From: Eledone cirrhosa
Lineage: Eukaryota
NCBI GenBank assembly: GCA_964016885.1
Contig: OZ024750.1
Coordinates: 24,242,001-24,306,000, forward strand
Direction of reading: 5' to 3'
DNA: 64,000 bases
Part shown: positions 61,201 through 64,000 of the stretch, one piece after another
Layout: each line of letters starts with the position of its first letter
How positions within the stretch are numbered: the stretch's first letter is position 1
The notes under the pieces: model-generated
Databases searched by the model: none
The model's input: the letters and a program-made list of their open reading frames with translations, nothing else
What the model was told of the DNA's origin: nothing
Position numbers and translations under genes: made by a program

Positions 61201-63519
61201 GCGCCCAGGTCTCACTACCATGCAACATCGCTGTTCGGATACACGCATCATACAGTCTGCCTTTCATTCTGAGGGAGAAGCCTTTTGCAGCTAGCAGTGG
61301 TAGTAGTTCCCTAAACTTCTTCCATCCCGTTCTTACCCTAGTTATTGTACTTTCTGAGCACCCACCTCCGTTGCTAATTCGGTCACCTAGGTAGCAGAAG
61401 CTGTCTACTGTTTCTACAGGGCCCTCCCAGGGATTGGTGGTACTTGTTTCCTGTGGCTGTTTGCTGCCCCAGCACAGCTGCTGCATGTGAATCCTACATT
61501 CTTAATTAAGCTTCCTGAGATCCCGCTACATCTCTTGTGTACCCATTGTTTGCATTTGGGGCAGAGAATGGAGTTCCTACCTACACCTTTCCTACATACT
61601 GAGCAAGGCCATTTCCCTGAGGGGATCTGGGTTCTGTTTTCTCGTCTACTTACAAGGACCTTAGTCTTTGTCATGTTGACTTTGAGGCCCTTTCTCTCTA
61701 GTCCCTGCTTCCAGGTTTGGAATTTATTCTCTAGTTCTACCAAAGATTCAGCTATGAGTGCGAGGTCATCAGCATACAGGAGTTCCCATGGGCATCCGGT
61801 CTTAAACTCCTCCGTTATTGCCTGCAGGACTATGATGAACAGGAGAGGGCTAAGAACAGAGCCCTGGTGGACCCCAACCTGTACGCTAAATTCCTCGCTA
61901 TACTCATTGCCAATCCTAACTTTGCTGACTGCTCCCCTATACATGGCTTGTACCGCTTTCACAAGCCATTCATCTACTCCTAGTTTTCTAAGAGCCCACC
62001 AGATTACTGCACGTGGAACTCTGTCAAAGGCTTTCTCAAGGTCGACAAATGCCAAGTAGAGTGGCTTACTTTTAGCTAGGTACTTTTCCTGTAATTGCCT
62101 CACAAGGAAGAGGGCATCAGTGGTGCCTTTCCCTGGTACAAACCCAAATTGCATCTCGTCTATATTCACCCGGTCCCTAATCAGCTGTGCTATAACTCTT
62201 TCTGTTACTTTCATGACCTGGTCCATCAACTTTATACCTCTATAGTTTCCTCTATCTAGTGCATCGCCTTTACCTTTGTAGCAGTTGACAATGATGCTAC
62301 TGCACCAATCTTTTGGTATGGCCCCCTCTAGTATTACCTGGTTAACGATACGTGTGGTTATAGTGTGACCTACAGACCCAGATGCCTTCAGCATCTCGGC
62401 AGCTATACCCGATGGACCGGTTGCCTTCCCTATCTTCATATCTCTGATTGCCTTACTTACTACGCTGCCGCTGACTTGTACTGCTGGTCCCTCTATAGGG
62501 TCTACGTGGGGTAGGGTCTCTTCTTCCCATGCATTCTCCTCATTTAGTAATCTATCATAATGACTCTTCCATGCATCTTTCTTCTCAGCACTTGTGAGGG
62601 CAAGCTCACCTTTATCATTCCGGATACACTTCTCTCCAATGACATCACAACTATCTCTGACACACTGCCTCGCAATCTTGAATACCTCCTGTTTCTGGTC
62701 CTCACGTTGTAAAACATGCTTGAATTTTCTATCCTCTGCTTCCCTCCTAGCTAAGTATACTTGTCGCCTAGCTTCCCTCTTGGTCTCTATGTAATGTACC
62801 CTGCTCCCCCCGTTCTTCCCCGTTCTAAGTTCAAATCCCGCCGAGGTTAGCTTTGCCTTTCATTCTTATGGGGTCGATAAAATAAAGTACCAGGTCGATT
62901 TAATCAACTTTCCACTGCCCCCAAATTGCAGGCCTTGTGCCTAAATCAGAAACCATTATTATCATCATCATGGATTGGTGGATTGGGTGAATCATTAAAA
63001 CATCAGGCAAAAGCTTAGCTGTATTTGTTCCAGATTATTTCATTCTGAGTTCAAATCCCACCAAGGTCGACTTTGTCTTTCATTTTTAAGGGGGACGATA
63101 AAATAAAGAACCGGGTGGATTTAATCAACTTTCCACTCCCTCCAAATTGTGGGCCTTGTGCCTAAATTAGAAATCATTATTTTGAGGCCCCTCATTACTT
63201 CAGGCCCTAAGCATGTGCTTATTCTGTTTATAATGGTTAGAGAGCAGGAGAGAAATGAAGAAAGGTTTTTATCTTATATTCACCTTAGTCTGTGGAACAT
63301 TTCCATAGTAACCATATTCCTTAGTTGTTGTACTGTCAGTATCAAATGTCTCACAAGTACTATTGCCATGCAAATCTTCATCTTTTTCTTTTTCTTCTTC
63401 AACACTAACTCGTCCCAGTACAAGGATACATCTGTTTGATGCATCATGGAGAATTGAGACAGCTTGCTGGTGATATTTCTCTTCCAAACTGACACCATTT
63501 ATAGATAAAATACGATCAT
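46097..63519 (-). CDS. PTPN13: PTPN13-like PDZ + protein tyrosine phosphatase gene, 3' part (13 exons); PTP domain degenerate (predicted pseudophosphatase)
   Basis: Phase-consistent AG/GT exons encode a PDZ C-terminal half (DRILSINGVSL), a full PDZ (YGFSLVSG...LRIGDYLLQINGTCV) and a C-terminal PTP fold (KNRYHNIVP, YINGS, YIACQTP, FWRMVWE, VIHC, LRLQRPHMV). Several PDZ domains followed by a terminal PTP is the PTPN13 architecture; orthology is not provable because the N-terminus is outside the window. Confidence 0.75.
46868..46930 (-). CDS. PTPN13-like exon, Q-loop
   Basis: FNIFDIVSDLRLQRPHMVETE; CAG / GTGAGT boundaries. Confidence 0.88.
47053..47413. repeat. Diverged fold-back element (about 160-bp arms) with a hammerhead relic
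   Basis: ATAAAGAATTTGAAGTTTGAAAGCCAC...GTGGCTTTCAAACTTCAAATTCTTTAT; minus strand 47191-47154 reads TCCT CAGAAGA A GAGAT ATTA ATCTC GAAA TA TC AGGA. Confidence 0.75.
47995..48156 (-). CDS. PTPN13-like exon, degenerate P-loop
   Basis: FVQTIQHY...TIVIHCDSGSTLSAIVIAVDV; absent from the ORF track, read by hand. Confidence 0.87.
48730..48892 (-). CDS. PTPN13-like exon, WPD-loop region (WPY)
   Basis: IIHLVYRSWPYNITDLDIDSFLQ. Confidence 0.87.
50213..50474 (-). CDS. PTPN13-like exon, PTP motifs 2-7
   Basis: DKCRVVI...YINGSHI...YIACQTPLPHTIPEFWRMVWE. Confidence 0.9.
50524..50925. mobile_element. hAT MITE, second family
   Basis: TIRs CAGTGATTCCCAAC / GTTGGGAATCACTG; perfect 8-bp TSD CTGTAAAA; internal duplication of about 85 bp; relative near 46380-46640. 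Confidence 0.85.
51994..52087 (-). CDS. PTPN13-like exon, PTP motif 1
   Basis: TLKLVKPTNSSCKVAHSSENQNKNRYHNIVP. Confidence 0.9.
53204..53570 (-). CDS. PTPN13-like exon preceding the PTP domain
   Basis: SKCSNG...LEKKLYKKEFQ; phase 2/0 fits both neighbours. Confidence 0.82.
54541..54632 (-). CDS. PTPN13-like exon, PDZ C-terminal part
   Basis: INGTCVIGFSLKKVVGLMKDQPTTLVLTVV. Confidence 0.88.
54603..54912. repeat. Degenerate tandem repeat (about 70 bp) overlapping a PDZ exon acceptor
   Basis: ATCACACATGTACCA-like motif near 54613, 54684, 54754, 54827 and 54879; alternate units are more alike. Confidence 0.75.
55569..55739 (-). CDS. PTPN13-like exon, PDZ N-terminal part
   Basis: VLEVRLKRPESGNYGFSLVSG...FIKAISENGVAAQEGHLRIGDYLLQ. 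Confidence 0.9.
56774..56992 (-). CDS. PTPN13-like exon, linker
   Basis: LKAHKSTL...PIEITE; 219 nt, GTAAGT donor. Confidence 0.75.
57064..57520. mobile_element. Tandem partial copies of a second TTAA-CCCT (piggyBac-type) element
   Basis: TTAACCC...TACC(A/T)TATT restarts near 57064, 57255 and 57441; relatives near 30045, 40160-40568, 48200-48547, 53660, 54960-55300. Confidence 0.6.
57951..58145 (-). CDS. PTPN13-like exon, linker
   Basis: KPYSVTDEK...LSVCK; 195 nt, phase 0/0. Confidence 0.72.
59382..59522 (-). CDS. PTPN13-like exon, linker
   Basis: EECNPSK...KKLIK; 141 nt, phase 0/0. Confidence 0.72.
59962..60237 (-). CDS. PTPN13-like exon, Thr/Pro-rich linker
   Basis: VDTKLDPNK...ESPLFK; 276 nt, phase 0/0. 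Confidence 0.75.
60514..62810 (-). mobile_element. 5'-truncated RTE-clade LINE: reverse transcriptase with one frameshift, 3' UTR and (ATG)n tail
   Basis: ORFs 61414-62439 and 60818-61486: QFGF, FVDLEKAFDRVP, GVHQGSVLSPLLF, LLYADD, FCYLG, GSETW, RRLRWYGHVMRM; (CAT)n at 60514 on the + strand. Confidence 0.92.
63284..63519 (-). CDS. PTPN13-like exon, PDZ C-terminal half and linker
   Basis: DRILSINGVSLEEKYHQQAVSILHDASNRCILVLGR...PQTK; CAG / GTGAAT boundaries. Confidence 0.85.
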
Positions 63520-64000
63520 CTGTTTAAAATAAATAAGTTTAGATTTTAGTCTTAAAAGAGTGTTGAAGACAATGGGTTCTTTACTGAAACATTCTGTTTA
63601 ACCCTTTAGCATTTATATTATTCTGTTTACTGTGGATTGGCAGTATCGGTAGAGGATTGGACACCATGCTTTGACGCATAGAGTTACGGCCCTTGCCATT
63701 CTGAGTTAAAATTCCACCGAGGTTAACTTTGCCTTTCATCCTTACAAGGTCGATAAAATAAAGTACCAGTGATGCACTGGGATAATTGCTGGCCTTGTGC
63801 CGAAAGTAGAAACAATTATTCTATGTTTACTATTGTATTTTCATGATAAAGGTTTTATCTTACATAATAATTATCTCGCATAATATCGAATCTACGAGAT
63901 TTCGATGTTATTTATTTTAAGAACAATACATTAACATCAATATGAGTGGCCACTTACGGCTGGTTTGAACAGAAAGAGGTGAGAGAATTCTGGCCATGTA

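Noticed and set aside
60948-62059. Long + strand ORFs (148 and 190 aa)
   Set aside because: Antisense shadows of the RTE reverse transcriptase ORF.
63280-63498. 72-aa - strand ORF with a poly-Lys run
   Set aside because: Wrong frame; the overlapping frame encodes the PDZ segment and fits the splice phases.

Overview
AT-rich, intron-rich, repeat-dense animal genomic DNA; the SINE, LINE and microsatellite content suggests an octopod cephalopod (inference). Two convergent genes enter from the window edges. On the + strand are the last 30 coding exons of an ABCA2-like ABC transporter (1..32024: end of TMD1, NBD1, TMD2, NBD2), whose final intron appears to be GC-AG. On the - strand are the last 13 coding exons of a PTPN13-like PDZ + tyrosine-phosphatase gene (63519..46097). 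Its PTP domain has lost the WPD Asp, the P-loop Arg and the Q-loop Gln residues in an otherwise intact reading frame, which points to a pseudophosphatase. Introns and intergenic DNA hold TTAA-flanked piggyBac-type MITEs, hAT MITEs with 8-bp TSDs, two tRNA-derived SINE families, RTE/CR1/RLE-type LINE fragments and minisatellites. The most striking non-coding signal is a cluster of (TA)n-embedded fold-back elements around the ABCA2 3' end. One is a 169-bp-arm near-perfect palindrome carrying a complete type I hammerhead ribozyme of the Penelope-like kind on each strand. All coordinates were read by eye; repeat boundaries are approximate.
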